Origin: Octopus vulgaris
Taxonomy: Eukaryota
Length of the DNA stretch: 64,000 nt
Assembly: GCA_951406725.2 (NCBI GenBank)
Contig: OX597820.1
Span: 3,844,001 to 3,908,000, forward strand
Reading direction: 5' to 3'
In this document: piece after piece, positions 14,800-26,350 of the stretch
How positions within the stretch are numbered: position 1 is the first letter of the stretch
Layout: each line of letters begins with the position of its first letter
Translations under genes and position numbers: made by a program
Notes under the pieces: model-generated
The model's input: only the letters and a program-made list of their open reading frames with translations
Databases searched by the model: none
What the model was told of the DNA's origin: nothing

Positions 14800-15305
14800 C
14801 ATTAAAACGTCATTTCCATTGTGTGCAGGCCACAACAAGTCCGACATCAGTCGGATGACTGTCCATAGAGTTGTGGAGAGGTTGAGGAACAGAAAAGACC
14901 TCAAAGATCCACCTTGACCAGGCAGACCTCAAGTTGTCAACCATTTGGCTGTGGGAAAGGCCTTTGAAAGTGACCCGAAGAACAACATCTAGGTGGCCAT
15001 GGTGTCCAGGGCAGCAAGAACTTGAGGTGCATCGAAAGGCCTCTGCTCATTAAATGTAATGCAAGAACAATGTTGGGAGTGCTGTCATCGCCTTCTCAAT
15101 GTCATCAAGTGTCATGGCAATCAAATTCTCATTTTTTTGTGATGGAAAAACCTTCACAGTTGCTTCAGTTGTCAACAAGCAGAAGGACTGCATGGTCAGT
15201 CTTGGCCATGCGAGGTCTGCTACATGTCCACGACTTAGCACCTGGCCTCCATGTTGATACTTGGCATCATGGGCTTCAAATGGCAAGATGCCACCAGTGC
15301 GCTTC
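14800..15305 (+). pseudogene. Degraded Tc1/mariner (maT/DD37D-like) transposase fragment
   Basis: Broken frames read ISRMTVHRVVERL...DP.*PGRP (HTH plus GRP), ..F.D.KTFTVASVVNKQ.D (first catalytic D region) and ..LGIM.SNGKMPP. Confidence 0.65.
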
Positions 15306-16254
15306 ATGAATGGTACTTATTGTGTGCCACCAGCATGGGTACCAGTCAGGCGGCACTGGCATCGGCCACGATTTCGATTTGATTGAGATTCTGATTGTGG
15401 TTTTGATTTTACTTGACTCATTTGGTCTTCTCAAGCACGACACAAGATCCGATGATTCAAAGGTACTTTTTCAAATGGGCTTTCAAATGATTTTATAAAT
15501 CTTTTTATCATTTTTTATATCTAAAGAGAAAAATTACTCATATATTATGTGCTTAATCATTATTGTCCAGATGGGAATTTGTGTTTTCAGTGAATGTCTC
15601 TATATGGCAAAATTTCTTTTATTTCTCCTATGGCAAAACTTCTCACAGCAAAACTTTTCACAGTAAATTTTCCAGACGTGTGCATTTTCATATTAGAATT
15701 ATTTATATTGAGGAAGGTTTTCAAATCAGATGAACAGGTTTCAAAATAAAACCAAGAAATTTCAGTGTTGACCTATAAAAGTTTTTAGAAAGCAGTCAAA
15801 AGTTTTTTTATAATTATGATAAATCAACTTAGTTTCTGAAGGCATATATTAAGTTCTGAAAGCATGAGTAAGCAGTTTACAATTTTGTTTCAATTTCTAC
15901 ATTATTGTTATTATTAATAATAATAATGTACAAACTAAAGGAAAAGTTGGTGAAAAGAAGATATTTTTGTTTCCATGAATGCAGTTTTTTCCCCTCTATT
16001 CAGAAGATAAGTGTGTTTGTCTGGACTGATATGAATATAAAAATAACAGGATAATAAATGTCACAAAAATACAATCGGAGTAAAACAATGTAAATTAAAA
16101 TCTGCAGAAATGGACAAAGTGTGAATGAGAAGAGGATGTTATTTGGTGGTCGGAGTAACAAGTTCTAGTTTATGGATTGGTCAGAAGAGTCTCAGAGACA
16201 GGTGCTTTGTAAATCCAATTGGAACAGGTATAGCTGTATTTACATAATAATAAT

Positions 16255-16575
16255 AGTGATCAAAAAAGGAACTGAAAATGATTTAAGAATGATCTCTGGC
16301 TTACCATCCGTGTAGAAAGTGCAAAGGATTGTCTTAACTGGTTGGTCACACGTATTGAGCTTTGTCGCTGCAAATTTTCTTTCTCCCCCTCTTTTATTTC
16401 CTTTGTTCACTTTTTTTATTTTATATTTTTTCCTTTTTCTATCACATGACTTTGTAAATGAACAATCTGGCGTGTTTATTCTAATGGCCTGCCTACCAAT
16501 GTATACAGTGCGTTTCTATGCCCTAGGTGTTGGAAAGACACTCAGCAATAAATGGAAACAGAACTGAAGGATAGT
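16255..16575 (+). mobile_element. R4/Dong-like LINE 3' end
   Basis: Reads IKKGTENDLRMISGLPS..KVQRIVLTG.SHVL. Its 3' UTR is shared with about 1300-1375 and ends in (AAT)n. Confidence 0.55.
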
Positions 16576-16629
16576 AATAATAATAATAATAATAATAATG
16601 ATAATAATGAAAATAATAATAACAATGAG

Positions 16630-16957
16630 GAGACCCCCTTCGGTCATGACTGACCATGGGATTGCACCTAGAAAGTTACCCTCTGAGGCACAAGTCCAGG
16701 CAAGGTTGTTTATGGAAGACCAACAGTCGCCCACGCATACCAGCCTCCTTTCTCCACACCACTGGTGTTATCCAAGGGAAAGGCAAAGGGGCCGATACAG
16801 CTTCGCACCAGTGACATTGCGGCTCATTTCTACAGCTGAGTTAACGTGAAATAAAGTGTCTTGCTCAAGCACACAACACGCAGCCCAGTCTGGGAATTGA
16901 ACTCACAACCTCACAATCGTAAGCTTGACGCTCTAACCACTGAGCCATGTGCCTTCA
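16630..16957 (-). mobile_element. tRNA-derived SINE (V-domain-like), family 4
   Basis: Minus strand: A box tggctcagtggttagagc, B box gagttcaattccc, and a cttgagcaagacact / cagctgtagaaatg core. Confidence 0.7.
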
Positions 16958-16958
16958 C

Positions 16959-16990
<32 letters not shown>

Positions 16991-17280
16991 GATGAATTGA
17001 AGTGCGAAATATGCAGAGTGTGGGCAATGAAGAAAGTGGATATAATACCAATAGTAATTAGTGTGTTTGGAAGTATAAGTAACGAGGCTACTAACATGGC
17101 TCAAGGAGACTGGTGCAAATGTAAAGATAGAAAGATAGAACAGCTACCAAAATTTTCCTTACTTGGAACTGCAGGGTTCTTGAAGCATGATCCGTAAAAC
17201 AAGTGTCACCTTCTGGCTGTGGACAGCTGACTCTTTCCATCGTACCCAGCAAAATAAAGCTGAGATTTTTCATCATATGA
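16991..17280 (+). mobile_element. R4/Dong-like LINE C-terminal fragment between (AAT)n tracts
   Basis: Reads DELKCEICRVWAMKKVDIIPIVISVFGSIS...SLLGTA, the RLE-LINE C-terminal pattern. Confidence 0.7.
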
Positions 17281-17384
17281 TAATAATAATAATAATAATG
17301 ATAGGCAAATGAACTCTCATTGCCGGTACTTACACAAAAGGCACAGTGCGGCAGTGGCCTGGATGAAGCGACTTTGTGGGCCAG

Positions 17385-19590
17385 ACTTGAGGATGCAAAG
17401 TGAGAGGTTTGGAGACGCCACTATGAAAGGTTGCTGAATAAAGAAAATGTATGGGATAAAGAGAGTCTACCGAATGTCGACCCAACACGATACACGAAGG
17501 AGTCATACCCAATAACAGGTGTAGCAGCACCATGGTCAACTGCTACAAAGGTAAAGGTGACGCTTTAGATAGAAATAATTACAGAGGTATCAAGCTGTTG
17601 GATCAGGTAATGAAGGTTACTGAGAGGGTCATAGCCCAAAAGGGAGAGAGTCAACTTGGACGAGATGCAATTTGGTTTCGTGCCAGGGAAAAGCACCACT
17701 GATGCCATATTTCTGGTGAGACAGCTGCAGGAGAAACACCTAGCCAAAGATAAGCCCCTGTACCTGGCTTTCGTTGACATGGAGGAAGCCTTTGACAGGG
17801 TCAATGAGGAAACTAGGGATAGATGAATGGTTAGTGAGAGCTGTGCAAGCCATGTACAGGGACGCTGTAAGTAAGGTAAGGGTTGGCAATGAGTACACTG
17901 AAGAATTCAAGGTAGAGGTTGTGGTCCACCAAGGTTCAGTCCTCAGCCACCTCCTATTTATCATAGTCCTCCAGGCAATAACGGAGGAATTCCAGACAGG
18001 ATGCCCCTGGGAGCTCCTCTATGCTGATGACCTTGCTCTAATTGCTGAGTCACTATCAGAACTGGAGAAGTTTCAGGTGTGGAAACAAGGATTAGAATCA
18101 ACCTAGCTAAAACCAAAGTCCTAATAAGTAGGAAGGCAGGCAAACCACAAATCCTTTTAGGTAGATGACCCTGCTTGATCTGTAGTAGAGGCGTAGGTAG
18201 AAACTCTATAAGATGTACCCAGTTTAAGCTATGGACATATAAGAGGTGCAACAACGTCAAGGGAAAGCTAACTAGGAAGATAGTTTTTGTATGTGGCAGA
18301 TGCTCAGGAGTGATAAACACTGAAAATGCGCAGAGACCAACTTCCGCCACATTCTAGGGAGAAAAACTAGAATTAGTTGATAGCTTCCGTTATCTAGGTG
18401 GCCAAATCAGTAGCGGAGGAGGATGCACTGAAAGTGTAGCTGCTAGAATAAGAATAGGTTGGGCAAAGTTCAGAGAGCTCTTACCTCTGCTGGTGACAAA
18501 AGGCCTCTCACTCAGAGTAAAAGGTAGACTGTATGACGCATGTGTACAAACAGCCATGCTACACGGCAGTGAAACATGGGCTGTGACTGCTGAGGATATG
18601 CGTAAGCTCACAAGGAATGAAGCCAGTATGATCCGATGGATGTGTAACATCAGTGTTCATACTCGACAGAGTGTAAGTACCTTGAGAGAAAAGTTGGACC
18701 TAAGAAGCATTAGATATGGTGTGCAAGAGAGACAACTGTGCTGGTATGGTCATGTGGTCAGAATTGATGAGGATAGCTGTGTGAAAAAGTGCCATACCCT
18801 AGCAGTTGAGGGAACCTGTGGAAGAGGTAGACCTAGGAAGACCTGAGATAAAGTGGTGAAGCACGACCTTCGAACATTAGGCCTCACCAAGGAAATGACT
18901 AGCAAGTGAGACTTGTGGAAATATGCTGTGCTCGAGAAGACCCGGCAAGCCAGATAAAACCATAACCCGTGGCCTATGCCAGGAGCATAACCAGCCTGCT
19001 TATGCGTAGCTTTTCCTTCTTTGGTCACTAAATTTTGCTTGCGAAGACCTGTTGAGGCTAGTGAAATCAAAATCAAAATCATTTCAATGACTGGCATCCG
19101 TGCTAGCGGGGTGCAAAGAGCACCATACGAATGTGATCATTGACAGACCGGCTATTCGAGTATGATCATTACCAGCGTCACCTTACTAGCACTTATGCCT
19201 GTGCTAGTAGGGTGCCAAGAACACCATCTGAGTGTGATTGTTGCCAGAGTGGCTAACTGGCTTCCGTACCTGTGGCACGTAAAAGGGCACCATTCGAGCG
19301 TGATCGTTATCAACGTCGCTTCACTGGCACCTGTGCCGGTGGCATGTGTAAAAAGATTCGAGCGAGGTCATTGCCAGTACCGCCTTACTGGCACCTGTGC
19401 CGGTGGCACGTAAAAAGCACCTACTACACTCTCGAGGTGGTTGGCGTTAAGAAGGGCATCCAGCTGTAGAAACTCTGCCAGATCAAGATTAGGGCCTGGT
19501 GCAGCCATCTGGTTTGCCAGCCCTCAATCAAGATCGTCCAACTCATGCTAGCATGGAAAGCGGACGTTAAACGATGATGATGATGATGAT
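17385..19590 (+). mobile_element. 5'-truncated RTE-clade LINE: RT pseudogene, 3' UTR minisatellite and (GAT)n tail
   Basis: Motifs NYRGIKLL, QFGF.PG.ST.DAIF, HQGSVLS, YADDL, MLHGSETW and GRGRPRKTW are present with stops and frameshifts. Confidence 0.92.
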
Positions 19591-20690
19591 GTTGCCTAAT
19601 TGGGGCCCCACTGAACCCCTATTTTTACTGCCTTTTAAACTAAATACATGGCATTGGCGACCCGATCGGAGAAATGTCGATGAATTTCATACTATGAATT
19701 CCTAGGGAGCATCGTAAAGAGGTTCAGTTTCCGAAGTGCCGCTTAAATGGGGCCCACTGACCCCGCCTATTTTTACTGCGTTTACCTCGCCCCTACGCTT
19801 ATTAATTAAACTATGGTCATCATCAGTGCTTAGCACATTTGCAGAAATAAGTTTGGGCATTCTAAATACCTTCATGTACATTCAAGGCGAGGAATAAAAA
19901 ATTTTAAATGCGTTTTTTTTTGGCGGGGGGGTGGGGTGCAGAATCAGTCTCAGCACCCGATAATGGGGAATTCTGTAAAACAAAAAGAAAAGAAGAAAAA
20001 AACGAAAGCGGGTGCGGTCCACATTTTTTTACATCCGCCTATAAACAGGTACGTTTCAAATGTGGATATTTATGCTTTATAGTTTATGAAACTTTTGTCT
20101 AATTTAATAATAATAATAATAATCTCTGATGCGTACATGCAGCAATTTTACGGCGAGAAACTTTTGTCTTTTCACGGAAGTAAATACGCTTTAACACTTT
20201 TGCTTCAACTTGTTGACCCAATAAAATAAACTTTGTTTCACATAAATACAGCGTAAAAAGAACGTGGTACTTATTACTGAAACATAAATCTGTTGGATGA
20301 GGCATGACAAACAATGGGTGAACAGAAATAGCCCGGACAACAGACAGACTGTCACAGGTTCGCCCTGATACAATTAAACCACTTCATGTCAAAATGGACA
20401 GATAGATCATGTTTTTTCTCGCTCACTAGCAAAAGATATTTTATCTTATAACAATAGATATGTGCGGGGTTAGGTAGGTCTCAACCAAGGTATTTACATA
20501 GGTTTGTCCCAGACGTCCATACTTGTTTTCAGGTTTATAGTTATTGGAAATGAAAATAGTTTAGATGACGGGTGATAACGTATCGTTACTATATTAGCTG
20601 GTGGGTTTACACAGAGAGAGAGAGAGAGACCTTATAGGATCAACCAAATATCCTGTGCATCACGAGATGCACCATATATATGCATATATG

Positions 20691-20758
<68 letters not shown>

Positions 20759-20800
20759 GTATGTAGGAATAAAGAAAATGAAATGTCAAAGGAATCAATG

Positions 20801-21015
20801 ATTATCTTATAAACTTCATTAGCTCACAGCTGTTTCTGCTATAATATGCAGTGGACTTATAGTTGAGTGCCTGAATAACACATAGCTTCATCGGAGCCTT
20901 GAACAAGAAGTGCACTTCACGTTCAAGGCTCCGACGAAGCTATAAGCACTCATCTATGAGCCCACTGCATCTTAAAGCATAAACACCTGTAAGCTAATGA
21001 AGTCCATAAGATAAT
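20801..21015. ncRNA. Palindromic element with a degenerate hammerhead motif in each arm (family C)
   Basis: Centre gaagTGCActtc. Minus arm: GCT-CCGATGA-AGCTAT...ATAGCA-GAAAC-AGCT-GTG-AGC. Plus arm: GCT-CCGACGA-AGCT...TAAAC-ACCT-GTA-AGC. Confidence 0.55.
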
Positions 21016-21382
21016 GTGGCTGTGTGGTAAGTAGCTTGCTTACCAACCACATGGTTCTGGGTTCAGTCCCACTGCGTGGCACCTTGGGCAAGTGTCTTCT
21101 ACTATAGCTTCGGTCTGACCAAAGCCTTGTGAGTGGATTTGGTAGACGGAAACTGAAAGAAGCCCGTCGTATATATGTGTGTGTTTGTGTTTGTCCCCCA
21201 CCCCAACATCGCTTGACAACCGATGCTGGTGTGTTTACGTACCCGTAACTTAGCGGTTCGGCAAAACAGACTGATAGAATAAGTACTAGGCTTAGAAAGA
21301 ATAAGTCCTGGGTTCGATTTGCTCGACTAAAGGCGGTGCTCCAGCATGGCCACAGTCAAATGAACTGAATCAAATAAAAGAA
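21015..21382 (+). mobile_element. tRNA-derived SINE family 1 with internal microsatellite; copies at about 9591-9980, 24617-24775, 25186-25557, 30435-30806, 40544-40708, 44684-45085 and 49761-50178
   Basis: A box tggctgtgtggtaag, B box gggttcagtccc, shared body, and tail ...cagcatggccgcagtcaaatgactgaaacaagtaaaag. Confidence 0.9.
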
Positions 21383-22029
21383 TGTATGTATGTATGATGT
21401 ATGTGTGTGTACACGTACACACACACACATTAGCCATTGTTCCATACGTTCTGAGTAACATCATGCTTTACTTTTGTAAATCCCCAAATTACTCTGGTGG
21501 TTGATAAAAAAAGGGGGGGGAATACGTCTCGTATGAATGGACACGCAGGAATAAGTGGTGTGCATCATGCGATAGACAGAGAAAGCAAAAGGTTAATTGT
21601 TCGCCGAGCAACCCGCTTGCCGTCGGCCTGTTTGAGCCGAAGCTTTTCGTTACAACCCTTGTTTTCGAGTTCAAATTATTTCTGTCTCTACCTTGTCTTT
21701 CCCTGTTCTGAAGCTAATAAAACAAATTCTGGAATGGATGTGATGGTAGTTGTTGTGACAGTGAGAGGACCATGTAATTAAAACTCCTGAAATTGCTATT
21801 CCCCTTTGGTCACAGTCTAATGACGAAATCTGGTAAAAGTATTTTCTGTTTTAAAAGGGATTTTATTCTGGTTTCATTCAAAACAAAAAGAAAAACAAGC
21901 TAATGTAGTTTAAGGTAGAAGTGTAAGACGTAAATTGCAAATGATCAAAGTGGTAAAATTTCTATCTAGTTCCCAACCTGGTTTCATGTCTATTAATTTA
22001 AAGGTCTGCAATGGGGTGGCGGGAATAGA

Positions 22030-22751
22030 AAAGAACAGAGCGAGACCCACGTCATTCAGTGATGCTACGTCACACGTTCCTCCGCCTCCGCCACCACCTT
22101 AACAATGTAAAACCATGCTCACGTCTTAGTTTTTTCTTCCTATCTCTCTCGTCACTCTACCTATCATCTCTCTGTCTTTCTCCCCACTCTACCTATCATC
22201 TCTCTGTCTTTCTCCCCACTCTACCTATCATCTCTCCCTCTCCCTCTTTCGCCTCTATTGTTTTTCTCTCTCTCCCCACTCTCCGTATCATATCTCTGTC
22301 TTTCTCCCCACTCTACCTATCATCTCTCTTTCTCTCTCCCTCTTTCCCCTCTATTGTTTTTCTCTCTCTCTCCACTCCACTTACCATCTCTCTTTCTCCC
22401 CCTCTCTCTTCACTCTACCTATCATCTATCTATCCTACCTTTTATTTCCCTCTCTCCCTCCCCCACTTTCTCTCCCTCCCGCTCTCTCTCTCTCTCCCTC
22501 ACCTATCCTCTCTCTCTCTCTTCTCTTCTTCCTTCTGTTTATCTCTTTAAGCCTCACTCAACATCTTTCCATTTCACACCGGCTTTGTCATTCACACCGT
22601 GAACGATGCCTCATTTATCTTAGATGAATTATTTGACTAATCATTACTGTTAACCTGTCTATACAATATATAAGCCGCAATTATCTTATTAAGACATTAA
22701 ATCATTTCAAAAGTAGACCATCATCGGATATCATCTTTGTGTGGAGCAACT
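22030..22751 (+). promoter_or_regulatory. Putative ACSS promoter: two ACGTCA (CRE half-site) motifs at about 22049-22072, TATATAAG at 22667-22674, Inr-like TCATTT at 22702
   Basis: Motifs read directly in CpG-retaining sequence just upstream of the ATG. Function is untested and the TATA-Inr spacing is slightly long. Confidence 0.4.
22140..22550. repeat. Polypyrimidine minisatellite (about 32-bp unit ctctctgtctttctccccactctacctatcat, degenerating to (CT)n)
   Basis: Repeated units are visible and the top strand is almost all pyrimidine. Confidence 0.85.
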
Positions 22752-23053
22752 ATGGCGAATAAGGAATTCCTTCCCCCGTCTCATCTAAAAGCTTCGGCTC
22801 ACGTCAGCAGCATGGCCCAATACAAACAAATGTATGAACAATCCATTTCTGATCCGGAATCCTTCTGGAGAGAAATTGCCAAAGATTTACACTGGGAATC
22901 TCAGCCAAGTGGTAAATTTTTCGATTATAACTTCGATCACACGTCGGGGCCGATCTTCGTCAAGTGGATGCAAGGTGCTAAGACGAACGTCGCTTATAAT
23001 GTCTTGGACCGTCACATTCAGAACGGAAAGGGCGATAAAATCGCCTTTTATTG
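22752..23053 (+). CDS. ACSS2: Acetyl-CoA synthetase (ACSS2-like), coding exon 1: MANKEFLPP...DKIAFY(W)
   Basis: ATG at 22752. The translation has the ACS N-terminal signatures (Y..MY..SI.DPE.FW..IA..L.W; W..GAKTN..YN.LDRH; DKIAFYW). Donor TG|GTAAGA at 23054, phase 2. The N-terminus is short with no obvious mitochondrial presequence, so cytosolic type is inferred. An upstream non-coding exon cannot be excluded. Confidence 0.93.
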
Positions 23054-24983
23054 GTAAGATTATTAGATTTTCGTTTTTATTTTAAGCTAAAATAATTGAA
23101 AATTCAAAGTATTTAGCGACAGTTAAAATATACATGGTTTTTTCCAGTCACAAACCTTACACATCACCTATGATTATCGATTTTCCTTAGATCTTCACCT
23201 TGAGACTTTTTACAAGGAAATCGGTGAATCCTTTTAATCTGTCTGCCCCATCTATATATATCAGTGATCGCGCGTATATATATATATATACATACATAAA
23301 TGTGTGTATGTATATATATATTATATGCATATCCACGCACCACACACGTTACACCTTTCAGGTTTTCGGTATTTTTGTCTCGTTCCTTTATTACTGTTTA
23401 ATCCAACAGTTACTAAATGAATTTTCACTTCCTTCTATGGTAATTTCCAGAGACTACCAACACCTCCAACATAAATGCACACACAGGCCACAAATATATC
23501 TTCTACTTTCTATTTTAGCGCTTAAATGATCGTTTACCCTCATTAATAACCAAAAGTCGCTCCCATAATTATCATAATTGTTTCTTTCACTGATCCTGAC
23601 ATTAAAAGAAGCAGAGTTGTGCTGTGACAATCATGTCTTTCCCGAGATTCACCCACCACCAGCATTACTATAATAGTTAGTAATAATAACAATAATGATG
23701 ATAATGTTGATAATATTTCTTTTATACAAACGCGGAAGAATTGGTAAATGTAAAGCAAGAAGAAGAAGAAGAATAGGTGAGATGAAGATAGCATTTCATT
23801 TTCAGACAGGGGATGGAATTACTCTTCAAAAAAATCTACTTAGGTGTCTGGGTTCGATTTTTATAATTATTTTTAAAGAAATTAATCGAAATTTCCACAA
23901 ATTTCCAAAATGTCAATAATATTAAGAATAATAATAATTTTTGCTTTTATATAACGAAAATAATTCTTGTAGATTAATAAAAGCAACAAAGACGACCAAA
24001 CGATCGCAGCTTCTGTCTCCAGTCGAAATTCCAACAAATATTCTTTCTATTTATTAGTAAACAGAGATCGACAACAAATGGTTTCTTTCGTATGGAACTG
24101 ATTATAATATTCTGTCTGTATCCTTGGTTATATGTTATTATCTCTATCCTTCGTATAGATTGGCCACGATCCAATCGCACTGGGAAATTATGGAGGAACA
24201 CCAGATACCACCTACGCAAATGGCAATAATCTGTAGATGCATAATTATAAGGTGTATGTGTGTGTGTATATAGCTATCGACTTACATTATATTACAGTTA
24301 CACGCATATATCTATGTGTGTGTATTATATATCTATCTATCTATCTACCTCTATATGTATATAATGCATACATACATATAATTTTGTATAGTATATAGAC
24401 AGACACTATATATATTTATAATATACGTACGATATATGTATGTGTATATATATATATATATTTATATATATATACAAAATGAGAAAATGGAGAAATATAC
24501 CTAAATCAATCCATTTTATAATATATATGTATGTATATATATATACCCGTAATGCACGCATGCATACATATACGTATATATATATGCTACATATATGTGT
24601 GTGTATTTCTGGGTATAGGCGCGGTGTGGGTGCGTAGTTAACAAGCCTACTTCCCAACCACGTCGTCTTGGGTTCAGTCCCACTGTACGGCACCTTGGGC
24701 AAGTGTCTTCTACTACAGCATCGGGCCGACCAGGCTTGTGAGTGGATTTGGGAGATGAAAACGGAACGAAGCCAGGTGTGTGTGTGTGTGTACAGGCTTG
24801 TGAACACTTGTCTCGGCATCACATGATGGCTGCAAGCGAGCATCACCATCGTACGAGTGATGTTCTCTCACAGTCTTTTGTGGGAAACATGTCTGGCCAT
24901 AATATCCTCCTTGGAAACAGGTGAAGGTTGGCAACAGGAGGGACATCCAGCCACAGAAAAATATATATATGTACACATATATA

Positions 24984-25047
<64 letters not shown>

Positions 25048-25561
25048 CTCTCTCTCTCTCTCTCTATATATATATAATTTAAATAATGAGGGAGATAAAT
25101 TGAATATTAATTTAATTAATATCAATTTAAAACCAGTAGCCTAGCATACAAAAATCTGAAAAATCAGAGAAAATTCAAATATATACAGGTGCAGATATGG
25201 CTGTGTGGTAAGAATCTTACTTCCCAACCACATGGTTCCGAGTTCAGTCCCACTGCATGGCACCTTGGGCAAGTGTCTTCTACTATAGCCTCAAGTTGAC
25301 CAATACCTTGTGAGTGGATTTGGTAGACGGAAACTGAAAGAAGCCTGTTGTGTATAAATATATGTGTGTGTTTGTCCCTCCACCATTGCTCAACAACCGA
25401 TGTTGGTGTGTTTACGTCCCTATAACTTAGAGGTTCAGCAAAAGAGACCAATAATATAATAACTAGGCTTACAAAGAATAAGTCGATTTATTCGACTAAA
25501 GGCTGTGCTCCAGCATGGCTGCAGTCAAATGACTGAAACAAGTAAAAGAGTAAAAGAATAT

Positions 25562-25599
<38 letters not shown>

Positions 25600-25792
25600 C
25601 ACCGTGACCATCCAGGCTATCAGATGCTGCTACACATCGCTGGTTACAATGCGCTTCACATTGTTTTAGCCTTCAAATTACGCCACCCCGCTGGCTAAGC
25701 AAGCAGGCCAATATATATATTTTAGATATTTCCTTGGACTAGTGCCCACGAAGTTAATTTTTTAATGGAAATTTACAGTTGGAATATGTATG

Positions 25793-25826
<34 letters not shown>

Positions 25827-26028
25827 TTTATATATGTATATATATTTGGCACGTAAAGTGCGGGTGGCACGTAAAAAGCACCCACTACACTCATGGAGTG
25901 GTTGGCGTTAGGAAGGGCATCCAGCCGTAGAAACACTGCCAGATTTGACTGGGCCTGATGAAGCCTTCTGGCTTCACAGACCCCAGTAGAACCGTCCAAC
26001 CCATGCTAGCATGGAAAACGGACGCTAA

Positions 26029-26060
<32 letters not shown>

Positions 26061-26158
26061 ATTATATATATATACCGGAGTAAACACATATAAATTTGAA
26101 ACAAGGTGGAAAAAAGAGTACTCAAATACCAGTGGTAGAGTAATATGCTTTAAATAAA

Positions 26159-26193
<35 letters not shown>

Positions 26194-26350
26194 TCATCCG
26201 TTTTCCCATGGCCAGGCATGTTTTCTGAGAAGATTGGAAATCAAGGTCACCAGGACAACGCTTGCATGACATTACACTCATGTGATGTGAAAGCAAAGAG
26301 ACTGCAACACAAGCACTTGCTGATATACGTGTGTGTGTGTGTGTGTCTAT

